Notes: generated by a model not told the origin, from the sequence alone. A stretch of 64,000 nucleotides of DNA from Vicinamibacteria bacterium (GCA_963422395.1 OY729431.1:1888001-1952000); one strand, 5' to 3'; shown: positions 38,517 to 50,032, numbered from the stretch's first letter. Translations and numbers: made by a program.

Positions 38517-41500
38517 ATGAGCTCCGCCGTGCCGGTAGCCGCCCCCGAACCGCTGCAGATTTCTCCAGCAGCGGCGCCGGCCGGCGGCGTCCCTCTGCGC
38601 TTCGTGACCGCGACGGCGCTCTTCGACGGGCACGACGCTTCCATCCATGTCTTCCGGCGGCTGCTCCAGCGGCTGGGCGCCGAGGTCGTGCATCTCGGCC
38701 ACAACCGGGCGGCGGCAGAGATCGCGGAGGCCGCGGCTTCCGAAGACGCGGATGCGGTCGCCGTCTCGTCGTATCAGGGAGGGCACAACGAGTTCTTCCG
38801 CTACCTGATGGATCTGCTTCGGGAGGCGGGAAGAGAGCACATCCAGGTGTTCGCCGGCGGCGGCGGCGTCATCCAGCCGGCGGAGGCGGCAGCGCTTCAG
38901 GACTACGGAGTGGCGCGGGTCTATTCCCCCGCTGACGGCCGGAATCTCGGCATCGAAGGGGTCGCCGCGGACATGCTCGAGACCGCCCGCCACGCTCGCC
39001 GACAGCGCCCTGCCGAAGCCTTCGCCGACCTGCTGGCGGCTCTTTCCGGCAACCCCGGAAAGAGAAACGGCGCCGTCGCCCGTCTCATCAGCCTCGCTGA
39101 ACGGGGTGGATTCTCCGACGACCGGCGGGCCCTGCTGAAGGAGCGCGCCGGCGCCCGGGCTCCGGTCCTCGGGGTCACCGGCACCGGAGGCGCCGGCAAG
39201 AGTTCGGTGCTCGACGAGCTATTGCTGCGTTTGTGCGCCGAACGACCGGACCTGGGGGCGGGGCCGGTTTCCCGAATCGGCGTCCTGATGGTGGACCCCA
39301 CGAAGCGGCGTACCGGCGGCGCCCTGCTCGGAGACCGGATCCGGCTGAACGCGATCGGCCACCCCGGAATCTTCATGAGAAGCCTCGCCACCCGGCGTTC
39401 GGGAAGCGAACTGGCGGCAGTGGTGGAGGACGCGATCCTGGTGCTCGCCGCATCGGGCTGCGGACTCGTCCTCGTGGAGACCGGCGGCATCGGTCAGGGA
39501 GATTCCCAGGTCGTGGATGTCAGCGACTTCTCCCTCTATGTGATGACCCCCGACTACGGGGCTGAGAGCCAGCTCGAGAAGATCGACATGCTCGATCTCG
39601 CCGATGCGGTGGCGGTGAACAAGGCGGATCATCCAGGAGCGGAAGACGCCCTCTTCGCGGTGCGGCGCGCATTCCGAAGGGCGCGTTCGTTGCCGCGCGG
39701 CGCAGAGGTTCCGGTGCTGCCGACGGTGGCGAGCCGTTTCGCCGACCCGGGAACCGACTGTCTGTACGCAGTGATCCGGAACGGTCTGTCCGGGGGACGA
39801 GGACCCGCCAGCGCCTCGCTTCCGAGGGGGACGCCTCCCGGCCCCGCGGGACTGATCCCACCGGCCCGGGTCGGGTATCTCGCGGAAATCGCAGAGGCGC
39901 TGCGGGCCGAACGGGAGCGGATCGCCGTCGAAGCAGAACGCGCCGGCCGAGCGGAGCAGCTGGAGGCGGCCGCCGCCGAACTCCGAACCGCCGGGACCTC
40001 CGAAGAAGCGCTGGCGGCCATCGAGAAGCATGCGGCCGCTGCCGAGCGGTCCCTCGACCCGGAGAGCCGGCGGCTGCTCGCCGAATGGCCGCAACTTGCG
40101 GATCGTTACCGGGCGCGCCTGTTCGTCATCTCGGTCCGGGAGCGAGAGCGCGAGGTGGTGACCCACCGGGAAACCCTGGCGGGCACCAAACTGCCGCGGG
40201 TCGCCTTACCCCGCTTTTCGAGCCGGCGGGACACCCTCCGATTCCTTCTCGAAGAGAACCTGCCCGGACGCTATCCGTTCACCGCCGGAGTCTTCCCGTT
40301 CCGTCGCGAGGAGGAGAGTCCGCGCCGCCAATTCGCCGGCGAGGGCGGCCCCGCGCGCACGAACCGCCGCTTCCGACTGCTCACCGCTGGCGAACCAGCG
40401 ACCCGGCTCTCCGTAGCCTTCGACAGCGTGACGCTCTACGGCGAGGACCCCGCCCGCCGGCCGGACATCTTCGGGAAGATCGGCGAAGGCGGAGTATCCA
40501 TCGCCACCCTCGAGGACATGTGCCAGTTGTTCGACGGATTCCGACTGGCCGACCCGGCAACCAGCGTTTCCATGACCATCAACGGACCCGCGCCGACGAT
40601 CCTGGCCATGTTTCTGAACGCGGCAGTGCGGCAGGAAAGCCGGGCGTTCGAGGAAGAGAACGGGAGGCCGCCGTCGCCCGCCGAGTTCGGGGAATTGAAG
40701 GCCCGGACGCTCAGAACCGTGCGGGGCACGGTGCAGGCGGACATCCTCAAAGAGGACCAGGCGCAGAACACCTGCATCTTCTCCACCGGGTTCGCACTCC
40801 GGCTGATGGGCGATGTACAGGAGTTCTTCCTTCGGAACGGCATCCGGAATTTCTATTCGGTGTCCATCTCCGGCTACCACATCGCCGAAGCGGGAGCCAA
40901 TCCGGTAACCCAGCTCGCGTTCACGCTGGCCAACGGATTCACCTATGTGGAGTATTTCCTCGCCCGGGGTCTCGCAGTGGACGACTTCGCTCCGAATCTC
41001 TCCTTCTTCTTCAGCAGTGGGCTTGATCCGGAATACGCGGTGATGGCGCGAGTCGCCCGCCGCATCTGGGCCCGCGCGATGAAGCTCCGCTACGGCGCCG
41101 GAGAGCGCAGCCAGAAGTTCAAGGTCCACATCCAGACTTCGGGGCGCTCCCTCCATGCCCAGGAAGTCCAGTTCAACGACATCCGCACCACCTTGCAGGC
41201 GCTCACCGCCACGAACGACCATTGCAACTCGCTCCACACGAATGCCTACGACGAGGCGATCACCACCCCGACCCTGGAGTCGGTGCGGCGAGCGGTGGCT
41301 ATCCAGAAGATCATCCGTCAGGAATTCGGCGCCGCCTGGAACGAAAATCCGCTGTCGGGTTCCTTCATCGCCGCCGAGCTCACCAACCGGGTCGAGAAAG
41401 CCGTGCTCGCCGAGTTCGACCGCATCCACGCCCGCGGCGGGGTCATCGCAGCGATGGAGCGGCAGTACCAGCGGCACCGGATCCAGGAGGAGTCGCTCCT

Positions 41501-41822
41501 CTACGAAACGAAGAAGAATGCCGGAGAGATCCAGATCATCGGAGTGAACACCTTCCGGCCCGAACCGGCCTCCGGAGCTCCGGAGCGGGTTCCGCTCGCC
41601 CGAGCCGACGACGAGGAGAAAGAAGCACAGGTGCAGCGCGTCGAGGCCTTCAGGGAACGCCACCGAGAAGCCGCCGGCCCGGCACTCGGCCGCCTGCAGA
41701 CGGCCGCCCGTTCAGGCGGCAATGTGTTCGCGGAACTGATGGAGACGGTACAGGTCGCGAGCCTCGGCCAGATCACCGGAGCCCTCTACGAAGTGGGCGG
41801 ACGCTACCGCCGCTCGCTGTGA
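38517..41822 (+). CDS. icmF: Fused isobutyryl-CoA mutase/GTPase IcmF
   Basis: B12-binding domain (LFDGHDASI), MeaB GTPase ([27 protein letters not shown]), mutase barrel ([31 protein letters not shown]). Confidence 0.95.
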   Translation: MSSAVPVAAPEPLQISPAAAPAGGVPLRFVTATALFDGHDASIHVFRRLLQRLGAEVVHLGHNRAAAEIAEAAASEDADAVAVSSYQGGHNEFFRYLMDLLREAGREHIQVFAGGGGVIQPAEAAALQDYGVARVYSPADGRNLGIEGVAADMLETARHARRQRPAEAFADLLAALSGNPGKRNGAVARLISLAERGGFSDDRRALLKERAGARAPVLGVTGTGGAGKSSVLDELLLRLCAERPDLGAGPVSRIGVLMVDPTKRRTGGALLGDRIRLNAIGHPGIFMRSLATRRSGSELAAVVEDAILVLAASGCGLVLVETGGIGQGDSQVVDVSDFSLYVMTPDYGAESQLEKIDMLDLADAVAVNKADHPGAEDALFAVRRAFRRARSLPRGAEVPVLPTVASRFADPGTDCLYAVIRNGLSGGRGPASASLPRGTPPGPAGLIPPARVGYLAEIAEALRAERERIAVEAERAGRAEQLEAAAAELRTAGTSEEALAAIEKHAAAAERSLDPESRRLLAEWPQLADRYRARLFVISVREREREVVTHRETLAGTKLPRVALPRFSSRRDTLRFLLEENLPGRYPFTAGVFPFRREEESPRRQFAGEGGPARTNRRFRLLTAGEPATRLSVAFDSVTLYGEDPARRPDIFGKIGEGGVSIATLEDMCQLFDGFRLADPATSVSMTINGPAPTILAMFLNAAVRQESRAFEEENGRPPSPAEFGELKARTLRTVRGTVQADILKEDQAQNTCIFSTGFALRLMGDVQEFFLRNGIRNFYSVSISGYHIAEAGANPVTQLAFTLANGFTYVEYFLARGLAVDDFAPNLSFFFSSGLDPEYAVMARVARRIWARAMKLRYGAGERSQKFKVHIQTSGRSLHAQEVQFNDIRTTLQALTATNDHCNSLHTNAYDEAITTPTLESVRRAVAIQKIIRQEFGAAWNENPLSGSFIAAELTNRVEKAVLAEFDRIHARGGVIAAMERQYQRHRIQEESLLYETKKNAGEIQIIGVNTFRPEPASGAPERVPLARADDEEKEAQVQRVEAFRERHREAAGPALGRLQTAARSGGNVFAELMETVQVASLGQITGALYEVGGRYRRSL

Positions 41823-42277
41823 AGGACTTTCCCGGGCGCACCGCGCCCCAAGAGCCGCCGTACCGTGTGCTCGTCGCCAAACCGGGCCTCGACGGGCACG
41901 ACCGTGGAGCGCTCGTGGTGGCGCGCGCCCTGCGGGACGCGGGCTTCGAAGTCATCTACACCGGATTGCGGAGAACTCCGGAAGAAATCGTCGAGGCTGC
42001 CCTTCAGGAGGATGTGGAGGCCGTGGGGGTCTCGATCCTCTCGGGGGCGCACCTGCCCCTCGTTCGCCGCATCCTGACCGGCATGTCGCAGCGGGGACTC
42101 GCACAGGTTCCCGTATTCCTGGGCGGACTCATTCCGGAACGGGATCTCACCGAGCTCCGCTCCCTGGGGGTGGCTGGGATCTTCGGACCCGATACTCCGA
42201 CCTCCGATGCCGTAAGCGCGCTCCGAGCGCGCCTCGCCGCCCGGCGCGGAAAGCGCGGCGCCGCCTCCTCCGGATAG
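41819..42277 (+). CDS. Cobalamin-binding acyl-CoA mutase small subunit
   Basis: [42 protein letters not shown]. Confidence 0.92.
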   Translation: MKDFPGRTAPQEPPYRVLVAKPGLDGHDRGALVVARALRDAGFEVIYTGLRRTPEEIVEAALQEDVEAVGVSILSGAHLPLVRRILTGMSQRGLAQVPVFLGGLIPERDLTELRSLGVAGIFGPDTPTSDAVSALRARLAARRGKRGAASSG

Positions 42278-42281
42278 GCTG

Positions 42282-43229
42282 GTGCCCCGGGAAGCAAAGC
42301 GACCTCTCGAGACCCCGGCCGGCCCTATCGCGGCAGACCGGGGCGCCGCCCGCCCCCTCGCTTCCCGGGAATACCCCGACCGGGTCGCCGCGGCCATCCG
42401 GAGCGCGCTCGGACCGAACCCGGCGCCGCTGATCGGTGTCTGGCGGCGGGCATCGTCCACGAACGAACTCGCCAGGCTGGCGGCGGCGAACCTCGCGGAG
42501 GCTGGCGGCAGCGCATGCCCCGGCTCGGGAAGCGTCTTCGTGGCCGAGGAGCAGACCGCCGGGAGGGGGCGCTACGGTCGGAGATGGGCATCGCCGACCG
42601 GCGGGCTCTACCTCAGCCTGCTCACGGCTTCCTCCCGGGCGTCGTCCTCCCGGCAGGCATGCATCCGCGAACTCGCCCTGCTTCCGATCGCCGCCGGACT
42701 CGCAGCGGTGGAGGCGGTCCGAAGAGCAACTGGGGAGTCCGCCGCCATCCGTTGGCCCAACGACCTCGACCTCCACGGGAGAAAGATCGCGGGGGTGCTG
42801 ATCGAGGCCGGCTTCGTCCGGGATCACCCGGAACTCGCGGTCGTCGGATTCGGGATCAACTGCCGCCCGCTCTCCGTGGGTTCCATCCCCGCGGGAACCG
42901 TGCCTCCAGGCTGGCTCCCCCGAGAAGTGGACCGCCCCCGGCTGGCGGGAGCGCTGGTGGCCGCATTCCGGGAGGCAGCCTCGCTGCTCGATCGGGACCC
43001 GGCCGAGCTCCGGGCGCGGTGGGAGTCGCAGAGCCCCTCGTCCCGAGGGCGTCGGTGCCGGGTTCGACTGAGCGGCGGCGACTGGATCGAGGGCACGACC
43101 GACGGCCTGGACCCGGACGGCGGCCTCCGGGTCCTCCTCGACGGCGGCGGGCGGAAAGTGATCCACGCGAGCGAAGCCGTCCGGGTGGAACACCGACTCG
43201 CGAGGCCGGAGGAATGCGAAATCCCGTGA
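42282..43229 (+). CDS. birA: Biotin--[acetyl-CoA-carboxylase] ligase
   Basis: STN, AEEQTAGRGRYGRRWAS, RWPND, KIAGVLIE. Confidence 0.9.
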   Translation: MPREAKRPLETPAGPIAADRGAARPLASREYPDRVAAAIRSALGPNPAPLIGVWRRASSTNELARLAAANLAEAGGSACPGSGSVFVAEEQTAGRGRYGRRWASPTGGLYLSLLTASSRASSSRQACIRELALLPIAAGLAAVEAVRRATGESAAIRWPNDLDLHGRKIAGVLIEAGFVRDHPELAVVGFGINCRPLSVGSIPAGTVPPGWLPREVDRPRLAGALVAAFREAASLLDRDPAELRARWESQSPSSRGRRCRVRLSGGDWIEGTTDGLDPDGGLRVLLDGGGRKVIHASEAVRVEHRLARPEECEIP

Positions 43230-43963
43230 CCGGAGGGGAGGCCGCAGACTATCTCCGGGAAATCGAACGCGCCTTCGTGGCGCTTCGGGGCGGCCCGTTG
43301 TTCCTGACACCCGCTGACTGGGAAGTGGCGCGGAGTTGGGAAGAGCGGGGCATTCCCCTCTCCGTTGCCCTCTCCGGGATCCGCGAAGCCCTCTCGGAGG
43401 GTGGATCGATTTCCACCCGGACGCCGCTGCGTCGTTGTACCCGCGCAGTGGAGGGCGCATTCGCGGCGCTGCGCCGCCAGGCCGCGGGGGCCGCTCCTCC
43501 CCCGGCGGAACCCGCAGCGGACCCCGGCGGCGCCCGAAACGGACCCCGCCGCCCCGGCGAAGAACTGGAACGGCTGGCGGCCTCGCTCCGGGAGGGGACC
43601 TTCTCGCTCGCCGGGGCCGAGGGGGAGGCCCGGACCGCGGTGCGGGCGGCCGCCGGGCGGGTGATGTCGCTCGCCGGAGCGGTCGGGAGCGGCGTGGCCG
43701 GGAGCCGCGCAGTCGGGAGCGGTGTGGCCGAGTCTCAGGCGGTCGAGGATCAGCTCGCCGCCATCGAGCGGGAACTGCTCGCCCGTCTCCAGGCGGCGCT
43801 GGCCCCCGCGGCCCGCGAGAAGATCGAAGCGGACGCCCGGCGCGCGCTCGCGGGGCACCGGACGCGGATGCCCGAACCCGTCTGGAGGGAGGCCTTCGCC
43901 GGGGCCGTCCGCCGCCGAGTTCGCGAGGCCTTCGGGATCCCGCCTCTCACCCTCGCCGGGTAG
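43226..43963 (+). CDS. Hypothetical protein
   Basis: Operonic GTGA overlap with birA; YLREIERAFVALRGGPLFLTPADWEVARSWEERGIPL. Confidence 0.7.
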   Translation: MTGGEAADYLREIERAFVALRGGPLFLTPADWEVARSWEERGIPLSVALSGIREALSEGGSISTRTPLRRCTRAVEGAFAALRRQAAGAAPPPAEPAADPGGARNGPRRPGEELERLAASLREGTFSLAGAEGEARTAVRAAAGRVMSLAGAVGSGVAGSRAVGSGVAESQAVEDQLAAIERELLARLQAALAPAAREKIEADARRALAGHRTRMPEPVWREAFAGAVRRRVREAFGIPPLTLAG

Positions 43964-44125
43964 CCGCCTGTGGAGGAAGTGACACGAGCTCCAAGAGCGA
44001 GCCCGTTCTCCCCGGCGGGGCTCCGCCGTGTCCCCCAACGGAAGAACAGGACATCGCCGGTCGCTCCATGCGGAGCCAGCATGGCCCCGCGAACACGCCG
44101 GGTGACTTCGGAAACGGGCTGCTAG
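43961..44125 (+). mobile_element. Modular repeat element E8
   Basis: TAGCCGCCTGTGGAGGAAGT...GACTTCGGAAACGGGCTGCTAG. Its left TAG is the stop of the upstream gene. Confidence 0.78.
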
Positions 44126-44139
44126 CTCGAAGCGAGGCC

Positions 44140-46671
44140 GTGCCGCGCGCCGAAAGCGGCGAGCCGGCTCCTTCTTCTTCGTCCGGCTCCCCCAGAGCCG
44201 GCGGCTTTCCGGCGCCCCTCCTCGTTCTCGCCGCCGCCTTCTGGTCGGGAATCGCCCTCTCGGCTTCACTCTTCCCGAAGCAGGAGGCGTCCCCCCTCGG
44301 GTTCGCAGCCGCCGGGGCGCTCCTCGCCGCGGCTTGCCTGCTCTCCGGCACCTTCCCGAGATTCCGGCCGGACGCGCCGCCGCCTCCCTTCCGGGGCGGA
44401 GCAGCGACTGCGGCGCTGGTAGCCGCCGCCTTCGCCGCCGGTTTCCCGAGCCGTCCGGAACCCGGTTCCGCCTCTTCGCTCGCCGCCGCCGCCCGTGCCC
44501 TCGGAGCGGACCGGCTCCGGCGTCCGGTCCGCCTCGAAGGCGAGCTGCTCGGCGAGCCGGAGGACTTCGGCAGCCGCACCGTGCTCCGCCTCCGGGTGGA
44601 CCGGCTGGCGGCGAACCGGAAGGAGTGGGCCGTCGCCGGCGAGGCGCGGACTACCGTGCATGGCAGCCGCGCGCATCTGCGAGGTCTCGCCCGCGGCGCC
44701 CGCATCTCCGTCTGGGCCCGAGTCGCCGAACCCCGGCCGCCAGGCAATCCCGGGGCGCGCGAGGGGTGGGAGCCGGTCGCGCTTTTCGGTTCCGCCAAGA
44801 GCGGCCTGTTGGTGCGCGAGCTCGAAGCAGGGCCGGCTTTCTGGCGGGCAGTGCGGAGCATTCGCATCGGCGTCCGGAATCGGCTCCTCGAATCGGGTCT
44901 CCCGCCGCCAGCGGCAGCGGTGGCCGCCGCGATGCTGATCGGCGACCGAACTCTGGCCCGCCCCGAAACCGAACGCGCCTTCCGGGACGCCGGGACCCTC
45001 CACCTGATGGCAGTGAGCGGCCTCCATGTGGGAATCGTGAGTTTCCTGTTCTACGGAGCCGCGGTGCTCTTCGGTGCCCGGCGCCGCACCGCGTTCACTC
45101 TGCTGCTGGGAGTGCTCCCCCTCTACGCGGCTCTCTCGGGCGGGCGCCCGTCGGTGATGCGAGCGGTGCTGATGGCCGGGGTGCTGATCATCGGGATGCG
45201 GCGCGGGCTCTTCGGAACGGCGATGAACGGGTTGGGCTTCGCCGCGCTCCTGCTGCTGGCCCACTCCCCCGGGAACGCTCTCGATGCGGGGTTCCAGCTC
45301 AGCTTCGCCGCCACCCTGACCATCCTCGCCGCCTTCCGTCCTCGGGACCCGGCGGAAGTCTCCTGGGAACGGCCGCCGCGCTGGCGCGCCTTCCTGATCG
45401 GCCCCCTGCTCGTCACCCTCGCGGCGCAGCTCGCCACCTTCCCGATCATCGCCTGGCACTTCGGCAGAGTGGTTTTCGGCGGCCTGCTGGTCGCGGTCCC
45501 TGCCGCGCTCCTCGCGGGTCCGGTACTGGGCATCGGCTTCGGCTGGATCGTGCTCGGCGGAATTCCGCTGCTCGGAGACGGGCTGCTCTTCGGGCTTCGG
45601 CAGACCGCCGAGGCCATCATCTCTCTCAGCGAATGGGGTGCTTCCCTTCCGTTCGGGGCTTTTCCGGTTTCCCGGCCCGGCCTGGCGTGGCTGCTCGCCT
45701 GGCTCGCGCTGACGGTCTTCGTCCTGGCAGCCCGTTTCCGAAGAGACCCGGCAACCGACCGACGGCTCCCGCAGGTGCTCGCCGCCGGATTGCTCGTCCT
45801 GCTCGCCCTCTCTCGCCTGCCCTGGCGGGATCCGGCGGACGGGACGCTGCGGCTCACCGCCCTGGATGTAGGCCAGGGCGACGCGCTGGTGCTCGCCCTG
45901 CCCGATGGAGGCGCAGTGCTGGTGGACGCCGGAACCGCCTTCGACGGCTGGAGCGCCGGCGAATCGGTCGTGATCCCCTTCCTCGCCGAGCGGGGGCATC
46001 GCCGGCTCCGGGCCGCAGTGGCCAGCCACGGCGATCTGGACCACATCGGCGGCTTCTCCGCGGTATTCCGGGACTTCGCGGTGGACGAAGTCTGGGAGAG
46101 CGCCGGGACTGCCGAGGACGGGCGCCGGACGGTCGAGCGCTTCCGCCGGGAGAGGAGGCGGCGTGCCATTCCGCTACGCCGCCTCCGCAGCGGGGAGCGG
46201 TTCACGCTCGGGGGGGCCGAATTCCGGGTGCTCTCCGCCGGCGAGCGGGCTCCAGAAGGGGCCGACCGGCCCAACGAGCGCTCGCTGATCCTGGTGGTGG
46301 AGTTCGCCGGCCGCCGGATCCTCCTCACCGGCGACGCCGGCAGCGCCTCCGAGCGGATGCTGCTCGACCGCTACCGCGGCTCTCTTCGCGCCGATGTGCT
46401 CAAGGTCGGCCACCACGGCAGCCGCTCCTCGACCTCGGCGGCGTTCCTGTCGGCGGTGGCTCCCCGGATCGCTCTGGTTTCCGCCCGGGCGGATGAGCGG
46501 CGCCGCCTCCCGGACGAAGGCGTCCTCGAACGCCTCGCGGCTTCCGGCGCCCGGGTGTACCGCACCGATCACTCCGGCGCGATCACCGTAGAGATCGCTC
46601 CCGACGGAAGCCTGACCGTGAAAACTTTCCACGATCGGCAGCGCCCGCCGCCCGCGGCCCGGCCTCAGTAG
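44140..46671 (+). CDS. comEC: DNA internalization competence protein ComEC/Rec2
   Basis: GTLHLMAVSGLHVG, PSVMRA, GFQLSF, LDVGQGDA, SHGDLDHIGG, LLTGDA, LKVGHHGS, YRTD. Confidence 0.93.
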   Translation: MPRAESGEPAPSSSSGSPRAGGFPAPLLVLAAAFWSGIALSASLFPKQEASPLGFAAAGALLAAACLLSGTFPRFRPDAPPPPFRGGAATAALVAAAFAAGFPSRPEPGSASSLAAAARALGADRLRRPVRLEGELLGEPEDFGSRTVLRLRVDRLAANRKEWAVAGEARTTVHGSRAHLRGLARGARISVWARVAEPRPPGNPGAREGWEPVALFGSAKSGLLVRELEAGPAFWRAVRSIRIGVRNRLLESGLPPPAAAVAAAMLIGDRTLARPETERAFRDAGTLHLMAVSGLHVGIVSFLFYGAAVLFGARRRTAFTLLLGVLPLYAALSGGRPSVMRAVLMAGVLIIGMRRGLFGTAMNGLGFAALLLLAHSPGNALDAGFQLSFAATLTILAAFRPRDPAEVSWERPPRWRAFLIGPLLVTLAAQLATFPIIAWHFGRVVFGGLLVAVPAALLAGPVLGIGFGWIVLGGIPLLGDGLLFGLRQTAEAIISLSEWGASLPFGAFPVSRPGLAWLLAWLALTVFVLAARFRRDPATDRRLPQVLAAGLLVLLALSRLPWRDPADGTLRLTALDVGQGDALVLALPDGGAVLVDAGTAFDGWSAGESVVIPFLAERGHRRLRAAVASHGDLDHIGGFSAVFRDFAVDEVWESAGTAEDGRRTVERFRRERRRRAIPLRRLRSGERFTLGGAEFRVLSAGERAPEGADRPNERSLILVVEFAGRRILLTGDAGSASERMLLDRYRGSLRADVLKVGHHGSRSSTSAAFLSAVAPRIALVSARADERRRLPDEGVLERLAASGARVYRTDHSGAITVEIAPDGSLTVKTFHDRQRPPPAARPQ

Positions 46672-48040
46672 CCGGTGGACGAAGTCAGCCGGAACATCCA
46701 GCCTTCCAGCCAGTTCTGGAATTCGCGGTTGCCGTGGAATTCCCGAAAGAGGATGGCGTCGTCCTCGATCAGATCGGCAAACACCTGCCGGAGCGCTTCC
46801 GCGTGCTCGATCCGGGCGTTCTGCTCGTCCCCATGACGGAGCGCGTTGTCGTACGCGGTATGTTCCCGAAGCCGCCGGGGAATGTCCTCGGTGAGGAGCC
46901 GCTGGACGCGGTCGCGGTCGCACCATTCCAGATCGCCGTAGCGCGTATTGAACTCCTCGACGATGACCGAAAGCGGGTGCAGTTCGGCCTCCGGCTTTCC
47001 GCCTCCGCCGGACAACGGCGTGGGCTCGATCTCCGGGGTCTCTTCCAAATACGAAAGCGCCCTCACCGCCTCCTTCTCCGCCCGGTAACTGTCCATATCG
47101 ATTCGAGGATCCCCTTGGAGAGGTCCTGCTCGACAGGAGCGGGCAGCCTGGGAACGAGGAATTCGAGGAAGATGGACAGCGTCTCCCATTCGGCCCTGGT
47201 GTAGGGAAGGATCTGGGCGAGGAAAGCGTAGGCGCGCAGGAACGCTTGGCCTTCTCCTTGAAGTCCACCTGAGGTCTGCCCGGTAGCGTTCGATGCTCGG
47301 GTCGAGGAGGGGGTCGAGCTCTCCGCGACCCTCCCCAGCCAGATAGCGGCGGGCCACCTCTTCGATCTCCCGCTGGCTGTACACCCGGCAGCCGTCGAGG
47401 GCGGCCTTCGGTGCGGTACCGCGCCTCGTGCTCGTCCACCGCGAAATGCGCGGCGCAGCGGCCCGGTCGGAAGAGCGGCTCCTTCGGATCCCGGTCGAGT
47501 TGGTATTGCTTCACCGCGTCGGCGACCGTCTGTCGGGTCAGGTTGTTCTTGAGCTCGACGGTGACCCACCGGCAGGCCGTTCACGAAGAGGCAGAGATCG
47601 AGAGCGTTCTGCGGCTTCTTCGCGCTGTATCGCAGCTGGCGGGTGACCGTGAACCGGTTGGCGGCGAACCGCTCCTCCGCCGTTGGATTCTCCGGGGACG
47701 GCGTCGGGTGGAAAAGGGTGAGCTGGTGCGGGCCATGCTGCAGACCGTGCCGCAACAGGTCGACAATTCCGCGTTTTTCGATCTCCCGCGAGAGCCGCGC
47801 GAGGAACTTCCGACGAAGGGGGCCGCCGCGGTCGAGGGTGAGCGCCTGGGCGGTCTCCGGCTGGGACTCGCCGAGGAAGGTGCACAGCTCGGAGAGGTCC
47901 ACCGAGAACTCGCGGTCGTAATCGTTCGGTGATCCGCACCGCCATCCCGGCCCGTAGGATGCCGGCCGCTCCTCCACCCGGTCTGCGGCCACCGCGCGGT
48001 CCGACTCGCCGCCCGAACCGGTGAGCAGCCGGCAGACCCG
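46665..48040 (-). pseudogene. hsdR: Type I restriction endonuclease subunit R remnant
   Basis: N-terminal piece (DYDREFSVDL...NRFTVTRQLRYS..LDLCLFVNGLPV, HFAVD) joined to a C-terminal piece (LDPLLD, FLRAYAFLAQILPY, DLSKGILESIDMDSYR, QNARIEH). Helicase core missing; several frameshifts. Confidence 0.85.
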
Positions 48041-48170
48041 CTCTTCACTTCGATGGCGACCAGCGTTTCGCCCTGCCGAAGAACGAAATCCACTTCGCGG
48101 TTCCGCTCGCGCCAATAGAAAACCTCGAAATCTCCCGCGGCAGCGGCGTTTACCAGATTTTTACTCACTG
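48030..48170 (-). pseudogene. C-terminal fragment of AAA ATPase with DUF4143 (PD-(D/E)xK-like) domain
   Basis: VFYWRERNREVDFVLRQGETLVAIEVKSG. Confidence 0.65.
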
Positions 48171-48189
48171 TTCGTCGGACCGGGCAGCT

Positions 48190-48339
48190 CGCGTGCGCCA
48201 GCTTCTCCTCCTGGGCGAGGCTGATCCGCCCGGACCGCTCCCACGCGGCCACCCGGCCTTCCCCGGCACCGACCTTGCTAACGAGTTCCGCATAGTTGAG
48301 GCTGGGCCGTTCCAGAGCGAAACCGATCAAATAGCCCAA
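48190..48339 (-). pseudogene. XRE-HTH fragment (like the N-terminus of ImmA/IrrE-type proteins in R-M loci)
   Basis: FALERPSLNYAELVSKV...RVAAWERSGRISLAQEEKLAH. Confidence 0.45.
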
Positions 48340-48532
48340 CTCGTTATGAGTTCTTGCGCTATGAGATTTCAGGGTCGGATTCGGGTTTCCCGGTCAAAGA
48401 AATCCTCAGAGCTCGGGAACGGCGGCTTCCCTCGCGTGGGCGGGGATCCGTCAGGCGGGACTCGGGCCTCGATCCGCGGGGGCGTCCGGCGGGCGGGGCG
48501 ACGGCTTCCCGGAGCTTCGAGACCGCGATCGG

Positions 48533-50032
48533 TCAGCTGGACCGATCTCCGTTCTCCAAATCGGGTGCCGCCCACCACGGGATGTACTTCATGAGTTTCC
48601 GCGCCGCGTTCTGGTCGAAGGGCGCGATCGCTCCGGTCTTGACGGCATCCCGAATCATTCTCGACGCTTGGGAGGCGTTCCCGTCCGCGATACCGAGCCG
48701 CTTCCGCAGGGACGCATTGCTGAGAAAATCGCCGCTCAGATACCGCAGGCAGGCGTGCAGATAGCAGGTCCAGGACCGTTCGGTGGAGGTCATCTCGCTC
48801 AATTCCTTGTGGGCGTAGAGAGTGACCTTCGTGAAACCGGCCGGGGTCTGGAATGCCGGAGGCGGGAGCTGGCGCGCCTCGACCTGCTCGACTACCTTGT
48901 CGATCCCGATGCCGCGTTCTTCACAGAAATCGAACCGCCGCATGAGCGACGCGAGCGCCTCGTTCCTCGACTTCGGCGGCGCATCCACGAAGCGGTCGGT
49001 CGCCACCAGCGGCTCGCCGGGATTCGTGATCTCGATCCTCCGGTCGAAGATCTCGACCATCGGTCCCGCACCCCGAACTTCGAAATCCTGATGGATCAGG
49101 GCATTGGCGACGAGTTCCCGCACTGCTCCCGGCGGGAACATCCACTCGATCCGACGCCGTGCCCGCTCGATGACTTCGCGTGAGGGAAGCAGCGCGTCCA
49201 GCTGGTCGTTGATTCGGCCGAAGGAGATCGCGTATCCGCTCGGGAACTCCCATTCGCGGGCGTCGGCAGTGCGTCCGGCGCCGTCATATCGGACAACCCG
49301 CAGAGCCTTTCGTCCGAGCCCGGGGAAGTCGAGAAGCCTCCGGGCCAACAGGACGCCGCCGAGATTCACGATGTCCCAGCCGCCGGCGGCACCGGGGCGA
49401 ATCAACCCGTCGCGGGCCAGAGCCGAAAGGGCGGCTCGCCGGCTCGCCGGGGCCGGGATGCGCAGCCGGTCGAAGAACGCGGGGCAGTCGAGCAATCGCA
49501 CGACCTCGGCATCGCCCAGACCTTCCGCAGCCACCCGGGATTCGAACAGGGTTCGGTCGAAGACGCGCCAGAGCTCCCGTTCCTTTTCCGGATGGTCCCG
49601 AAGCCGGTTCGTGACCCCGCCGATCCGGAGGAACTCCTTGCCGGAGAACGCCACCGGCTGGGTGCGGGCGGCGCCGATTTGCAGCACGACCACCCTTCGT
49701 TCCTGCACTGTGGTCTCGTGGAAACGAAAGTCCAGGCGGGGAGTCGACATCCGGAGCAGCCAGATTTCGAGCGGTTCGCCGCCTTTCCTGGCTTTCGATG
49801 GCGAGAACCGGGTCCCGACGATCCGGTGGGTTCCGTTCTGGACCCCCCATACGAGATAACCGGCCGGCTTGCCGCACAGAGCCGCGCCGTTCGCAAGCGC
49901 CGACAGATACTTGCCGATGACCTGCGGATCGCTCTGATTTTCCTTGAACTCGACCCATTCGGTCTCCTGCGGCAACCGGCTGAGCTCCCGTACCAGGCTG
50001 GCGATGCGGTCCGGATTCCGGTCAGCGGTCAT
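48533..50032 (-). CDS. Schlafen AlbA_2 + HATPase_c_4 + wHTH protein
   Basis: ETEWVEFKEN..IGKYLSALANG..GYLVWGV; VRELVANALIHQDF, IEITNPG, SRNE..LMRRFDFCEERGIGID; C-terminal NASLRKRLG. Confidence 0.88.
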   Translation of the reverse strand: MTADRNPDRIASLVRELSRLPQETEWVEFKENQSDPQVIGKYLSALANGAALCGKPAGYLVWGVQNGTHRIVGTRFSPSKARKGGEPLEIWLLRMSTPRLDFRFHETTVQERRVVVLQIGAARTQPVAFSGKEFLRIGGVTNRLRDHPEKERELWRVFDRTLFESRVAAEGLGDAEVVRLLDCPAFFDRLRIPAPASRRAALSALARDGLIRPGAAGGWDIVNLGGVLLARRLLDFPGLGRKALRVVRYDGAGRTADAREWEFPSGYAISFGRINDQLDALLPSREVIERARRRIEWMFPPGAVRELVANALIHQDFEVRGAGPMVEIFDRRIEITNPGEPLVATDRFVDAPPKSRNEALASLMRRFDFCEERGIGIDKVVEQVEARQLPPPAFQTPAGFTKVTLYAHKELSEMTSTERSWTCYLHACLRYLSGDFLSNASLRKRLGIADGNASQASRMIRDAVKTGAIAPFDQNAARKLMKYIPWWAAPDLENGDRSS

